Position numbers and translations under genes: made by a program. Shown here piece by piece: positions 9,409 through 18,871 of a DNA stretch of 43,412 nt. The stretch lies in NCBI GenBank assembly GCA_964465795.1, contig CAYXLD010000002.1:4855-48266 (forward strand). The letters run 5' to 3'. The notes beneath the pieces are model-generated. The model was not told where the DNA came from, ran no database searches, and was given only the letters and a program-made list of their open reading frames with translations. The first letter of the stretch is position 1; each line of letters begins with the position of its first letter. Source of the stretch: Candidatus Woesearchaeota archaeon. GTDB lineage: Archaea > Nanobdellota > Nanobdellia > Pacearchaeales > GW2011-AR1.

Positions 9409-9541
9409 AAGAAAAATAGAACGTTTTCTCTATATTAATTTATCTTCGATAATGTTTGTTCCCTTTTGATAGTAAAAAACTTTGAGATATCGCACAGAAA
9501 GCCTAATAAATCCTTTTTGTTAAGGAAATATGAGGTGAAAG

Positions 9542-10695
9542 ATGCTTAGTTTTATTGAACTGGTAATTTTCTGGTTAATTTTCGATGAGCCATACCTTAT
9601 GTACAGATCTTTACTATATTATTCTTATAACAAAAAATTATCATCATTGTTTAAGCCCAATGTAACAATTTTAATTCCGGCCTATAATGAATCATTAACA
9701 ATTAAAAAACATTAAATTCCTGCATTCATCAGACTTATTCTAATTTAGAAATTATAGTGATTAATGATGGAAGCAAAGATGATACTGCGCAAATAGCAGA
9801 AAGTTTTTTTTATCATAATAAAAATAATAATATAAAATTAATTAATCAAAAAAATAAAGGGAAGGCCAGGGCATTAAATACAGGCTTAAAGCATGCAAGA
9901 TCTAATTTTATAATAACTATTGATGCGGACTCTTATTTGCATCATAAAGCCGTGGAATTATTGATGTCTAAATTTATTTCTAAGAATGTTGGAGCAGTAG
10001 CCGGCAATGTGGTTGCTTTGTCTAAGCGCAAATTATTAGGCTACATTCAGAAAATGGAATACGAAATTAGCACGCATTTTCTTAGAGAGTCTCAAAGTGC
10101 AATAGGTGCTGTGACAGTAACACCAGGCGCCTTTTCAGGCTATAGAAGATCAGCATTAGTAAAGTTTGAAGAGGGTACTTTAACTGAAGACTTTGATAGT
10201 TCAGCAAAAATTCTTGATAAAGGATATGATATTATCCAGGCCCAGGATGCTCTTTGTTATACTCAAGTTCCTTTAAATATCAAAGATATTGTAAATCAAA
10301 GAGTTAGATGGCAGCAGGGCGGGATTGAAGTTTTTTCAAAGCACTCGTTTGAAGAAAAAAGATTTTTAGTTTCCTTAGAAATGTTTTTAATATTCTTTTA
10401 TGGGTTTTACTGATTATTCCCAAAGGTGTTGACTTTTATAATTCTTCCATTAAATTTAGCTTCATTCAATCTCTCTTCTTTTTTTCTGGGAATTTTTATA
10501 TTTTTTATTTATTTTACAATAATATGGTGCATTAAACTTGCAGTAATAGATATAAAAAATAAAAAATATTATTTTATTGTCCCAATATTTATTATATACT
10601 GGTACACAATAATTTTATATTCGATATTAGCTGCTCAAATAATGGTATTTAAGAAAAATAAGAGGCGGGGAACATTGCAAAGATACCGTATATAA
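9542..10695 (+). pseudogene. Family 2 glycosyltransferase (processive QxxRW type), disrupted by a frameshift and an in-frame TGA
   Basis: ATG 9542 gives a TM helix plus VTILIPAYNESLTIKK and then hits TAA at 9713. Adding one A to the A6 run at 9704-9709 restores ...TIKKTLNSCIHQTYSNLEIIVINDGSKDDT in the frame of ORF 9757..10413. The D-x-D region (TIDADS) and QRVRWQQG motif are present. TGA at 10411-10413 is in frame with the TM-rich ORF 10426..10695. Confidence 0.65.
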
Positions 10696-10984
10696 AGGAT
10701 GTTGTAATTTATTTAGTAAAAGTATTTATTATTTTCTTTATTTTTAAAGAGATATTTTTTTATTTTGGCATTCTTAATATACGGCTGTTAGAGATTCTGG
10801 TCCTATTTCTTGCATTTCCTATGAATATGCTATTCTTGATCTTATTTATAATAAATTATTTAATTTTCTATTTTATTGCAGTAGATATAAATGAAGAATT
10901 CATTTTGCTATTCATTTATTTATTTAACGCTTTATTGAATACTTTTTTAATTATGATGCATGTTAAATATTTAACTATGAAGAA

Positions 10985-11293
10985 ATGAGATTTAATGATA
11001 TGTGCTATCAATTATTGAAAGAAGTGCCCAAAGGCAAAATAACTACATATAAGGCGGTGGCTGAAGCTTTGAACACCAGGGCATATAGAGCTGTTGGGAT
11101 TGCTATGAAAATAAATAAGAATAGCCCTAAAATACCTTGCCATCGGGTTATTCTATCTGATGGTTCTTTAGGAGGATTTACTTTTCAGGGTAAATTTAAT
11201 ATAAATAAGAAAATAGAGCTATTAAAGTCAGAGGGTATAATAATAAAGAATAAAAGAATAAATTTAGATAAATATATGCATAAATTCAATTGA
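10985..11293 (+). CDS. ogt: Methylated-DNA-protein-cysteine methyltransferase (MGMT/Ogt) DNA-binding/active-site domain protein
   Basis: IPCHRVILSDGSLGGF contains the PCHRV active-site motif, in the single-domain ~100-aa form. Confidence 0.8.
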   Translation: MRFNDMCYQLLKEVPKGKITTYKAVAEALNTRAYRAVGIAMKINKNSPKIPCHRVILSDGSLGGFTFQGKFNINKKIELLKSEGIIIKNKRINLDKYMHKFN

Positions 11294-11359
11294 TCTGTTT
11301 TTCAGAAAATATTATATAGTTATTTACCTATAAGATATTGTTTGATTTCGGTTGAACCT

Positions 11360-11398
11360 GGGGATTCCATGCTTCGGTGTGGAATCTCCTGTTTTTTT
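11360..11398 (+). terminator. GC-rich hairpin with C(UUCG)G tetraloop followed by a T7 tract
   Basis: GGGGATTCCA (11360-11369) pairs with TGGAATCTCC (11380-11389), with one G.U pair. The loop TGCTTCGGTG can extend the stem around a UUCG tetraloop. A T7 run follows at 11392-11398. It lies 67 nt downstream of ogt. Confidence 0.4.
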
Positions 11399-11449
11399 GA
11401 TTCTATATATTTTATAAAAAAGATTTATAAATTAGTTAGCTTTCAATAA

Positions 11450-14400
11450 ATGATGAAAAAGAGGCATTTTTATAAAAGCAATTATAAAAAAAACAACTCA
11501 GTTATATTTCTTACTGTATTGTTTATAATCTCCCTGATAATATTTAGTTATCTACTCATCGTTTTTTTTAGGGAGTTTATTATTTACGATGTAGGATATT
11601 CCGGAGATTTATATTGGCGCCCTCAAATGTTTCCTGATAACTGGCAGCCTATAGACAAAATTGGTCCTGTTGAAGGAGTAAATGTATTTTCTGATGTTAA
11701 TGGAACAAAAGATTCGAATAATAATATGGTTTCAACAGGCCCTAATTATCACCCTCAGAGGTTCCTCCACGATTTTTCTTATGCAGGATATCATAGAAGT
11801 GAAAAACCTATTCCTCCTGAAGACCAAAATTCATGGACAAAAAATGCAAAGATTTATGATGTAACAAAGAGTCCATATAACTGTATTCCTGATGGGCAAT
11901 CAGATTGCAAGCCGGCAATTCAAAAAGCAATAGATGATGCAGGGAGTTCAGGAGGAGGGATAATATATCTTCCACAAGGAGAATATAAGATAGTATCTTC
12001 AAATCAATTTTATTTCTTTAGGATAAGGTCAAATAATATTGTAATAAGAGGAGACGGTCCAGACAGGACAAAAATCAAAGTTGATCCTTATATGGGCGGT
12101 GTCTTTGATATGGATAATAAAAATATCTTTGATATAGCTTATAAACCAAACAATGCTGAAACTAGCTGGATGGCGACAACATCGCAATCAGTTAATATAA
12201 TTAAAGATCTGCCTTATCCTACAAAGGTAATTCCTGTTTCTGATGTTTCTTTATTCAGCATTGGCGATCAAATAATAATTTATGGACAATATACTGACGC
12301 ATTTTTAAGAGAACATGACCTCGTTAATATATGGAATATCGGCGATACAGCATATATTTGGCGAAGAACTATTACTGCTGTCAATTCTGCAAAAAAAGAG
12401 ATATCTATTGATGTCCCAACAAGATATAGAGTAAAAGTTGTAGAAGACAAGCCTGTTGTAATAAAGACTAATCCAGGGTTATCTGAGATTGGGCTGGAGC
12501 ATTTTTCAGTCGGAATGCTGAGGCATCCTAATGAATGGCCTGACAATGATGATTCTACAAATCCTATTGTATCTTCAATTAAGGACAATAGAGTTATTTA
12601 TATGTATAATGTAGAGAACTCCTGGATTTATGATATAAAAACTTATCCCCCAACTGAAAATATCAATCGTCCAACAGACAATACTAAGTATGGGGCTTAT
12701 GATGTGGAATTATTAAATAATTTTGTTTATTTAAAAGACATAAGGCAAGTTACTATGAAAAACTTTTATATCAAGAATATGCAAGTTGATGGGAATCCTG
12801 GAGGAGGTTATGGATATGCGTTGCAATTATTTAGGACAAACGAGCTATTGATTGAAAACGGCACTTTCCAAAAAGTTAAGAAAGGAATCACGATTAATAA
12901 TGCAGGCACAAGCGGAAATGTTATTAAAGACATTAATTATAAAGAGATCTTTACAACACAAAATGACTTTCATTCATATCTTAGTTCATCGAATCTTATA
13001 GAAAATAATTTTGTCGATGGAACTTATTGGGAGGCTGCTGTAAGGCCTATTGATTTGCTTTCTACTGGAGGCGTAAATCATGGCCATGGAACAACTCAAA
13101 CTGTTTTTTGGAATATTAGGGGCGCAAGATTAACAATTCCAATTTTAACATGGTGGGATAGAGATAACGACAATAATAAAATAAGAGATGAATTAGAACC
13201 ACATGGCGAGCTGCCTGATGAAGGCATAATAGTCTCAAATCAATACGGCTGGGGATATATTATCGGGACATATGGGTCATTTTCAGATGTTATAACTGCA
13301 GAAATGTCAGATAGAATCGCAGATATTAACGGAAACGGAAAAACAGATGATGATCCTTATAGGCCGTATATTCTTCCTAGAGATTATAAGGAGGGAATAG
13401 GTTATGATAAGCCCTCTTCAAACTATTATGGTAAAGCATTATGCCCAAGGTCGCTTTATGAAGCGCAGTTAAGTTTAAGACTCAAAGGAGAAATAAGTTT
13501 ATGCACTAATGAAATAGTCTGTCAGGATAATGATTCTGATGGTTACTCTGACAACGCATGCGGAGGCAATGATTGCAATGATCAAGATCCTCTCTTAAAT
13601 TTAAATTGTGATATTGTGCAAAGCCAAATTATAATAGATAATTTGGATTTTGGTTTTTCTTCACAGAACAATTGGCAGACATCAAGGGCATCTAATTCAT
13701 ACGGAGCTAATTCTTTATATTCTGCAATAATAGGAGATACAGCAACCTGGAATGCTGTAATTTTGCCTGGAGTTTATGAAATATATGTATGGTGGACTCA
13801 TCTTCCTTCGAGGTCTCAAAATGCACCTTATAAAATTTTTAATGGCAATAATTTGTTAGATACAATTAGAGTTAATCAGAATGATTCTTCATTAGCTGGA
13901 AAATGGAATTTGTTGGGAGAATATGAATTTAGCCAGCAAGCGAAAGTAACACTGACAGTTGAGGGCGGCGGCAGTTATAGTTCAGATGCTGTTATGCTTA
14001 TTAGAAAAAGAGATTTATCCCATGACATGCAATTATTAAGGTTAATTATTGAAAGTCCAGAAAATAGAACATATAAAAATACTCCAGTGCAAATAAAATT
14101 TTCTGGATTTGGCGCATCATTATGCTGGTATGTTTTTAATTCAGTCAGAACTGATACATCCTGCGATTTTTCAGGCTTTATTTACCCTATGCATGGAATT
14201 CATAATATCACCGCCTTTATAGATAATTCAACTAAACAGATATCAGAGAAGAGAGAATTTAATTATTTATCTACAAGGAGATTTATTGTAAAATATAGTA
14301 ATTTTACAAAACCTTTTTCAATGACCTCGAGGCTTGATGATTTAAATGACTCTCAGTTGTCTTCTGTAAAGCTTATTTTAGATGATATATCATTTGCGAA

Positions 14401-15313
14401 AATTGAATTTTTAGATTACGTAGATTTATCAGCGGCAGCAGATCCCCTAACTTATGAAATAGACTTAGATTCTAATGTAATAACATCTTTTAATAAAATT
14501 GATCTAAAATCGGATAAATTAGCTTCATTAAATAAAAGAGCAAGACTAACACTTAAAGGATTGAAACTTTTAAGACCTGTAATATTTAAAGATGGGATTA
14601 TTTGCACTGACTGCCTAATAGAAAGTTACACCGATGGGAATCTGGTATTTAATGTTTCTGGTTTTTCAGTTTATTCTGCACAGGAATATCCTGAAAGCGG
14701 AGTTAATCCTGACAACAATGAAGGATCTAATGGGGGCTCTTCTTATACAGGAGGCGGTTCTGAAGGCGGCCTGCCTGTTGAAAGTAAAAATGAAAAAAAT
14801 AATCAAGTTAATGTTGGGCTAAATAAAAAAAGACAGGAGATTTTTGTTAGTGATGAAGCAGTATACTTTACTATTAAAAACAATGAGGAATTTATCATCA
14901 ATGTAAATGGAGATCTATATGATTCATTATTTAAGATAATAGATGGCAGGACTATATTAAAAATATCTGAAAATGAATATGAATTGGCAAAGGGAGCATT
15001 AATGATATTTGATATAGGAAATTATAAAGTTTTCGGCGCTCTTAAAGATTCCTTTTCCACTAAAGGAGTTATAGGTATAAGCTTAAGTAAAGATAATCTT
15101 CAGAAGTCATTAGGCGAGATTTATGCGAAAGATAGAAGAAATCTAAGGTATATTCTTATAGTCTTGTTGCTGGCACTTGCAGCAGCCATATCTTTAATTT
15201 CTATTTATCTCATTAGATCGTGGAGACTTAGCAATAAACAAATGGAAAAAGAGCAACAATGGACGAAAGAGAAGAGGTTTGTAATAAAAGAAGAGAAAGG
15301 AAGAGAATTTTAA
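11450..15313 (+). CDS. Large multidomain surface protein: signal anchor, pectate-lyase-superfamily beta-helix, Cys/Asp metal-binding-like motif, golvesin/Xly-like carbohydrate-binding domain, C-terminal TM anchor
   Basis: IYDVTKSPYNCIPDGQSDCKPAIQKAIDDAGSSGGGIIYLPQGEYKI matches the N-terminal signature of Pectate_lyase_3-type beta-helices. DNDSDGYSDNACGGNDCNDQDP matches the DxDxDG...CGGxDCxD motif. GVYEIYVWWTHLPSRSQNAPYKIF...VNQN...GKWNLLGEYEF...SDAVMLI fits the golvesin C-terminal-like pattern. TM helices at both ends. Confidence 0.7.
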   Translation: MMKKRHFYKSNYKKNNSVIFLTVLFIISLIIFSYLLIVFFREFIIYDVGYSGDLYWRPQMFPDNWQPIDKIGPVEGVNVFSDVNGTKDSNNNMVSTGPNYHPQRFLHDFSYAGYHRSEKPIPPEDQNSWTKNAKIYDVTKSPYNCIPDGQSDCKPAIQKAIDDAGSSGGGIIYLPQGEYKIVSSNQFYFFRIRSNNIVIRGDGPDRTKIKVDPYMGGVFDMDNKNIFDIAYKPNNAETSWMATTSQSVNIIKDLPYPTKVIPVSDVSLFSIGDQIIIYGQYTDAFLREHDLVNIWNIGDTAYIWRRTITAVNSAKKEISIDVPTRYRVKVVEDKPVVIKTNPGLSEIGLEHFSVGMLRHPNEWPDNDDSTNPIVSSIKDNRVIYMYNVENSWIYDIKTYPPTENINRPTDNTKYGAYDVELLNNFVYLKDIRQVTMKNFYIKNMQVDGNPGGGYGYALQLFRTNELLIENGTFQKVKKGITINNAGTSGNVIKDINYKEIFTTQNDFHSYLSSSNLIENNFVDGTYWEAAVRPIDLLSTGGVNHGHGTTQTVFWNIRGARLTIPILTWWDRDNDNNKIRDELEPHGELPDEGIIVSNQYGWGYIIGTYGSFSDVITAEMSDRIADINGNGKTDDDPYRPYILPRDYKEGIGYDKPSSNYYGKALCPRSLYEAQLSLRLKGEISLCTNEIVCQDNDSDGYSDNACGGNDCNDQDPLLNLNCDIVQSQIIIDNLDFGFSSQNNWQTSRASNSYGANSLYSAIIGDTATWNAVILPGVYEIYVWWTHLPSRSQNAPYKIFNGNNLLDTIRVNQNDSSLAGKWNLLGEYEFSQQAKVTLTVEGGGSYSSDAVMLIRKRDLSHDMQLLRLIIESPENRTYKNTPVQIKFSGFGASLCWYVFNSVRTDTSCDFSGFIYPMHGIHNITAFIDNSTKQISEKREFNYLSTRRFIVKYSNFTKPFSMTSRLDDLNDSQLSSVKLILDDISFAKIEFLDYVDLSAAADPLTYEIDLDSNVITSFNKIDLKSDKLASLNKRARLTLKGLKLLRPVIFKDGIICTDCLIESYTDGNLVFNVSGFSVYSAQEYPESGVNPDNNEGSNGGSSYTGGGSEGGLPVESKNEKNNQVNVGLNKKRQEIFVSDEAVYFTIKNNEEFIINVNGDLYDSLFKIIDGRTILKISENEYELAKGALMIFDIGNYKVFGALKDSFSTKGVIGISLSKDNLQKSLGEIYAKDRRNLRYILIVLLLALAAAISLISIYLIRSWRLSNKQMEKEQQWTKEKRFVIKEEKGREF

Positions 15314-15338
15314 ATAATTATTAATTTATTAATGGCAC

Positions 15339-16016
15339 ATGATCAATTTTTATAAAGTAAAAATAATACAAACAAAAGATTTAACATATAATACTAAAAA
15401 GTTTGTAATTAAAAAACCTGAGAACTTTAAGTTTATTTCAGGACAGGCCTGCAATTTGTCGATAAATATTAAAAATAGAGAGGTTGATTCGCGCCCGTTT
15501 TCTATCGCCTCGATAAATGAAGATTTAAACCTGGAATTTATTATAAAAATTTATCAAAATATAAATGGATTCACGAGTAAAATCGCCTTATTAAAAAAAG
15601 ATGATGAATTATTGTTAAGCCCTCCTTTTGGTGCCATTGCTTTTAAAGGGCCTGGATTATTTATAGCAGGCGGCACAGGAATTACGCCATTTTTATCCAT
15701 ATTAAGAGAATTAAGAATAAATGGGCAACTTTCTGAAAATTCATTAATATATTCAAACAGGACTGAGAAAGATATAATCTTAAAACCAGAATTAGAACAA
15801 ATGTCTAATGAGGGTTTAAATATTCAATTTTTGTTGACAAGGGAAAAAAATGAAAATTACTTATATGGCAGAATAGATAGGAATTTTTTAGTCAATAACG
15901 TAAAAAATAAGAATCAATATTTTTATGTATGCGGCCCAACTTTTTTTACTGGAGAAATAACTTATTTATTAATTAATATTGGAATAAATCCAGATTTTAT
16001 TATTGTAGACACATGA
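15339..16016 (+). CDS. FNR-like FAD/NAD(P)-binding oxidoreductase
   Basis: RPFSIAS (RxYS-type FAD motif), GGTGITPFLSIL (NAD(P) P-loop-like motif) and YVCGP near the C-terminus. Confidence 0.7.
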   Translation: MINFYKVKIIQTKDLTYNTKKFVIKKPENFKFISGQACNLSINIKNREVDSRPFSIASINEDLNLEFIIKIYQNINGFTSKIALLKKDDELLLSPPFGAIAFKGPGLFIAGGTGITPFLSILRELRINGQLSENSLIYSNRTEKDIILKPELEQMSNEGLNIQFLLTREKNENYLYGRIDRNFLVNNVKNKNQYFYVCGPTFFTGEITYLLINIGINPDFIIVDT

Positions 16017-16029
16017 GGTTTTTTTGATT

Positions 16030-16374
16030 TTACTTTAAACAAAATTCATTATAAAGCTCTGCATCATTGCCCAAGATCTTTTTTAATTCAATAAGCTCTT
16101 TTAGACCATAAACATTTTCTTTATTATCAATATAAGATTCTTTGTAACCACAATACCATTCAATGCCGTCTTTCTTAAATCCCGACAGAATAGTGGCGGC
16201 GTTTTCATACAGCATTCCAGTTTCAGGCGGACTAAATAATATTGTATTTGATGTCAATGCCATATATATTGCAATAACGAAAACAAATCCAAGAATCCCC
16301 AGATAAAAAATTTTGTTAACTGTAGCAGAGTAATTCTTGTTTGTTTGCTTTTTTTTCATTTTATATTTACCCAA
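16030..16374 (-). CDS. Hypothetical membrane-anchored protein
   Basis: ORF with a single N-terminal TM helix. No motif recognised. Confidence 0.35.
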   Translation of the reverse strand: MGKYKMKKKQTNKNYSATVNKIFYLGILGFVFVIAIYMALTSNTILFSPPETGMLYENAATILSGFKKDGIEWYCGYKESYIDNKENVYGLKELIELKKILGNDAELYNEFCLK

Positions 16375-16410
16375 TCTTTATTTAAATACCTTTTCAATTT
16401 TTATAGGTTG

Positions 16411-18387
16411 TTAACTTTGCTCTCTTTTTTGCCTATCTAAAAATCTTTTAATAAAATACTGATAATCGCTTCGATCTATCACCTGCTTCAGGATCCAGTA
16501 ATTTCCTTTATAGATTTTGTCAGCTTTTATTTTTCCAAGTGTTTTTTTGTGCATTGGCTCTGATAGTAATACTGAATTATATGATTCTTCGGCTATCCTT
16601 TTTGAAATTGCTATAGTGTTCTCCAATGAAACGAATTTAAACTTCCCAGCATCTGTTTCTACGGCAATCTGCCCAGTATGGACTCCTATGCCAAAATTAA
16701 TTTTTATTTGAGATATTTTATTAAATTCCTGTAAGTTTTTTTCAATTTCTTTTGCGATAATTATTGACCTTAATTGATTTTCTTGCTCTTTGGTTACTGC
16801 AGGTGCAAAAATTATTATCCTATAATCATTATCAACATAAATTTTTGCACCTGCTTCTTTTGCTTGCAATAAGGTCTTGTCGATTTTTTCAAATTGACTA
16901 ATACTGCCGCTTGCATTTTTTTGGAGGTCTGCTAGATTTTTTATTTTTAAAGCAATTATTCCTGCTTCCTGTTTTATGCCTTTATCTAAAACAGGGCCAA
17001 TTGCAGGTATATCGGGCTTTTTATAATTAAATTCCTCGCTTCTTATTGGAGATATGATCTTTGGTGTTTTCCCAAAATAATTTTTCTTTGTTATTTTTCT
17101 CCAAAGTATTAATATAATGATAATTAATATGATAATTAAAGCAGACCATATCCATAGACCAATTTCTCCAAAAACAATGCTCTCAATGTCTCCGACTCCA
17201 ATAGCTCTTCCAGTCAGAAATGTTGTTCCCAGCTCTTCTTTTAGATTGCCGTCGTTGATAGAGATCGAATATTCTCCATCAGGAGCGCCTAGTTTTAATA
17301 GTTTGTTTTTGCCAACATCAAGATTCATCTCTTTAATATTTACAACCCCGCCTATTGAAACTTCTATTGGTTTTTTATAGGGAACATTTCCAATATTATT
17401 GATGATTAAAGTATTATTCTCTAATCTAAACTCTGCTTTTTCAAGCTCATCCACTAAAAATAATTTAGAGTCTTTTAAGTCATTAATTGAACTTTCAATA
17501 TTCCAATATCCAGGAGCATAATTATTTTCTATGTGGATTTTATTTGCAATGTTTGATTTAATCAATCCATTGTAAAAGGAAGATTTATCCGGACTTAATA
17601 TATTGATCTGAATATCTTTTTCTACACTGCCTTCTGATTGGTCAAAAAGATATATAGTATAGTAAAAATCATTACCAGGAACAACTATTAAATTACTAAT
17701 GTCAATTTTTATTTTTTTAATAATTTGTTTAATTTTGATCAGGCTTGTAGACTGTCCTTCGTTAATTATGTTATCCCCCTCCTTTTCGTATGCTTTAACG
17801 TTAATCTCATAATTCCCTGGGGGAGCATTATCAGGGATTATAAAAGTTGAATTGAACTTGCCTTCTTCGATGAGCTGAATCGAACTTAAATTAATCTCCT
17901 TAATGTCTATGACAGTATATCCTCCAAATAATCTCTCATTCAATTTTATTGCTCTTCCAGAAATTTTTACTACGTCATTTGGACCAAATGCAATGCCTTC
18001 TATATTGAAATTGATGTCTATTTTATTTGTAATTGTAAATTGAGAAGTTGATGCTTTATCATTTCCATATACTGCTTCAATTATGCATTCTCCCAAGACA
18101 TCGCCAATTATAGTTTTATCTATTCCAAAGTTAATAGTTATAGATTTCTGCATTCCAGCATCAAGAGAATGGATACTTTTATACAATTCAATTTTTTTCT
18201 CACCACAAACTAAAGATGTTGTTAGAAAATCGCTCTTCTTTAAATTTGAGTTCAAAGTCAGATTAACTTCAAAATCATCCCCTAAATTATAAATACCATT
18301 GTCTGGCTGCCCGATAAATATCTCTGCGGAGGCTATAGGCACAACTAATAGGGCGGCAATTAATAGAAAATAAATGCCTCTTTTCAT
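16411..18387 (-). CDS. Receptor-like membrane protein: signal peptide, ~400-aa extracellular Ig/CARDB-like region, one TM helix, cytoplasmic class III nucleotidyl-cyclase-like domain (apparently degenerate)
   Basis: Signal peptide MKRGIYFLLIAALLVVPIASA. TM helix IGLWIWSALIIILIIIILILW. The C-terminal GIIALKIKNL ... KIYVDNDYRIIIFA ... INFGIGVHTGQIAVE ... FVSLENTIAISKRIAEE is collinear with cyclase homology domain strands, but Lys replaces the first metal-binding Asp. Confidence 0.55.
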   Translation of the reverse strand: MKRGIYFLLIAALLVVPIASAEIFIGQPDNGIYNLGDDFEVNLTLNSNLKKSDFLTTSLVCGEKKIELYKSIHSLDAGMQKSITINFGIDKTIIGDVLGECIIEAVYGNDKASTSQFTITNKIDINFNIEGIAFGPNDVVKISGRAIKLNERLFGGYTVIDIKEINLSSIQLIEEGKFNSTFIIPDNAPPGNYEINVKAYEKEGDNIINEGQSTSLIKIKQIIKKIKIDISNLIVVPGNDFYYTIYLFDQSEGSVEKDIQINILSPDKSSFYNGLIKSNIANKIHIENNYAPGYWNIESSINDLKDSKLFLVDELEKAEFRLENNTLIINNIGNVPYKKPIEVSIGGVVNIKEMNLDVGKNKLLKLGAPDGEYSISINDGNLKEELGTTFLTGRAIGVGDIESIVFGEIGLWIWSALIIILIIIILILWRKITKKNYFGKTPKIISPIRSEEFNYKKPDIPAIGPVLDKGIKQEAGIIALKIKNLADLQKNASGSISQFEKIDKTLLQAKEAGAKIYVDNDYRIIIFAPAVTKEQENQLRSIIIAKEIEKNLQEFNKISQIKINFGIGVHTGQIAVETDAGKFKFVSLENTIAISKRIAEESYNSVLLSEPMHKKTLGKIKADKIYKGNYWILKQVIDRSDYQYFIKRFLDRQKREQS

Positions 18388-18434
18388 ATTCTTTAAAAGA
18401 ATTTTTCTATATATAAATCTTCTTGCTTTTTGAT

Positions 18435-18758
18435 TTATATCTTAGAACATGCCAATAAATTATATAAGAGATAAAAAAGAATTCTTCTCGGGCATCTTTG
18501 ATTTCTTTCAATCATAGTTGCACCAACAAGATATTCATTGTAAGTATCTATCACAAGTTTTCTTTCATCAGAAGGTATTGGCTTTGTTTTTCTGCCAGGT
18601 TTCTTTAGGATTATTTCCTTGCCTCTGTATTTTTTTGGTAGTTCTCTCGCCCATCTTGGAGTTATCTTCTGTTGTTTTGCTATACTCCAAACACCTATCT
18701 CCCTCCTTTCAACTTCTTTCACTATCCATCTTATTTTCTTTATATTTAGTTTTCTCAT
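18435..18758 (-). pseudogene. Truncated integrase/transposase fragment (N-terminal HTH only)
   Basis: MRKLNIKKIRWIVKEVERREIGVWSIAKQQKITPRWARELPKKYRG...KKPGRKTKPIPSDERKLVIDTYNEYLVGATMIE resembles the HTH N-terminus of archaeal rve-type (IS481-like) transposases. No catalytic domain follows, and the next gene starts 47 nt away. Confidence 0.5.
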
Positions 18759-18871
18759 AAGAGTCTGCTTTACAGCAGACCTTATCTTATTTGTCGAGAG
18801 GAACTTATTTCGGGATAAAACACTTAGATTATGAATGCAATATTTAAATATCGTTTAATCTATGATTAATC

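Noticed and set aside
18518-18834. Plus-strand ORFs of 80 aa and 71 aa overlapping the transposase fragment.
   Set aside because: They are antisense to the HTH-encoding fragment, have hydrophobic low-complexity translations, and no recognisable motif.
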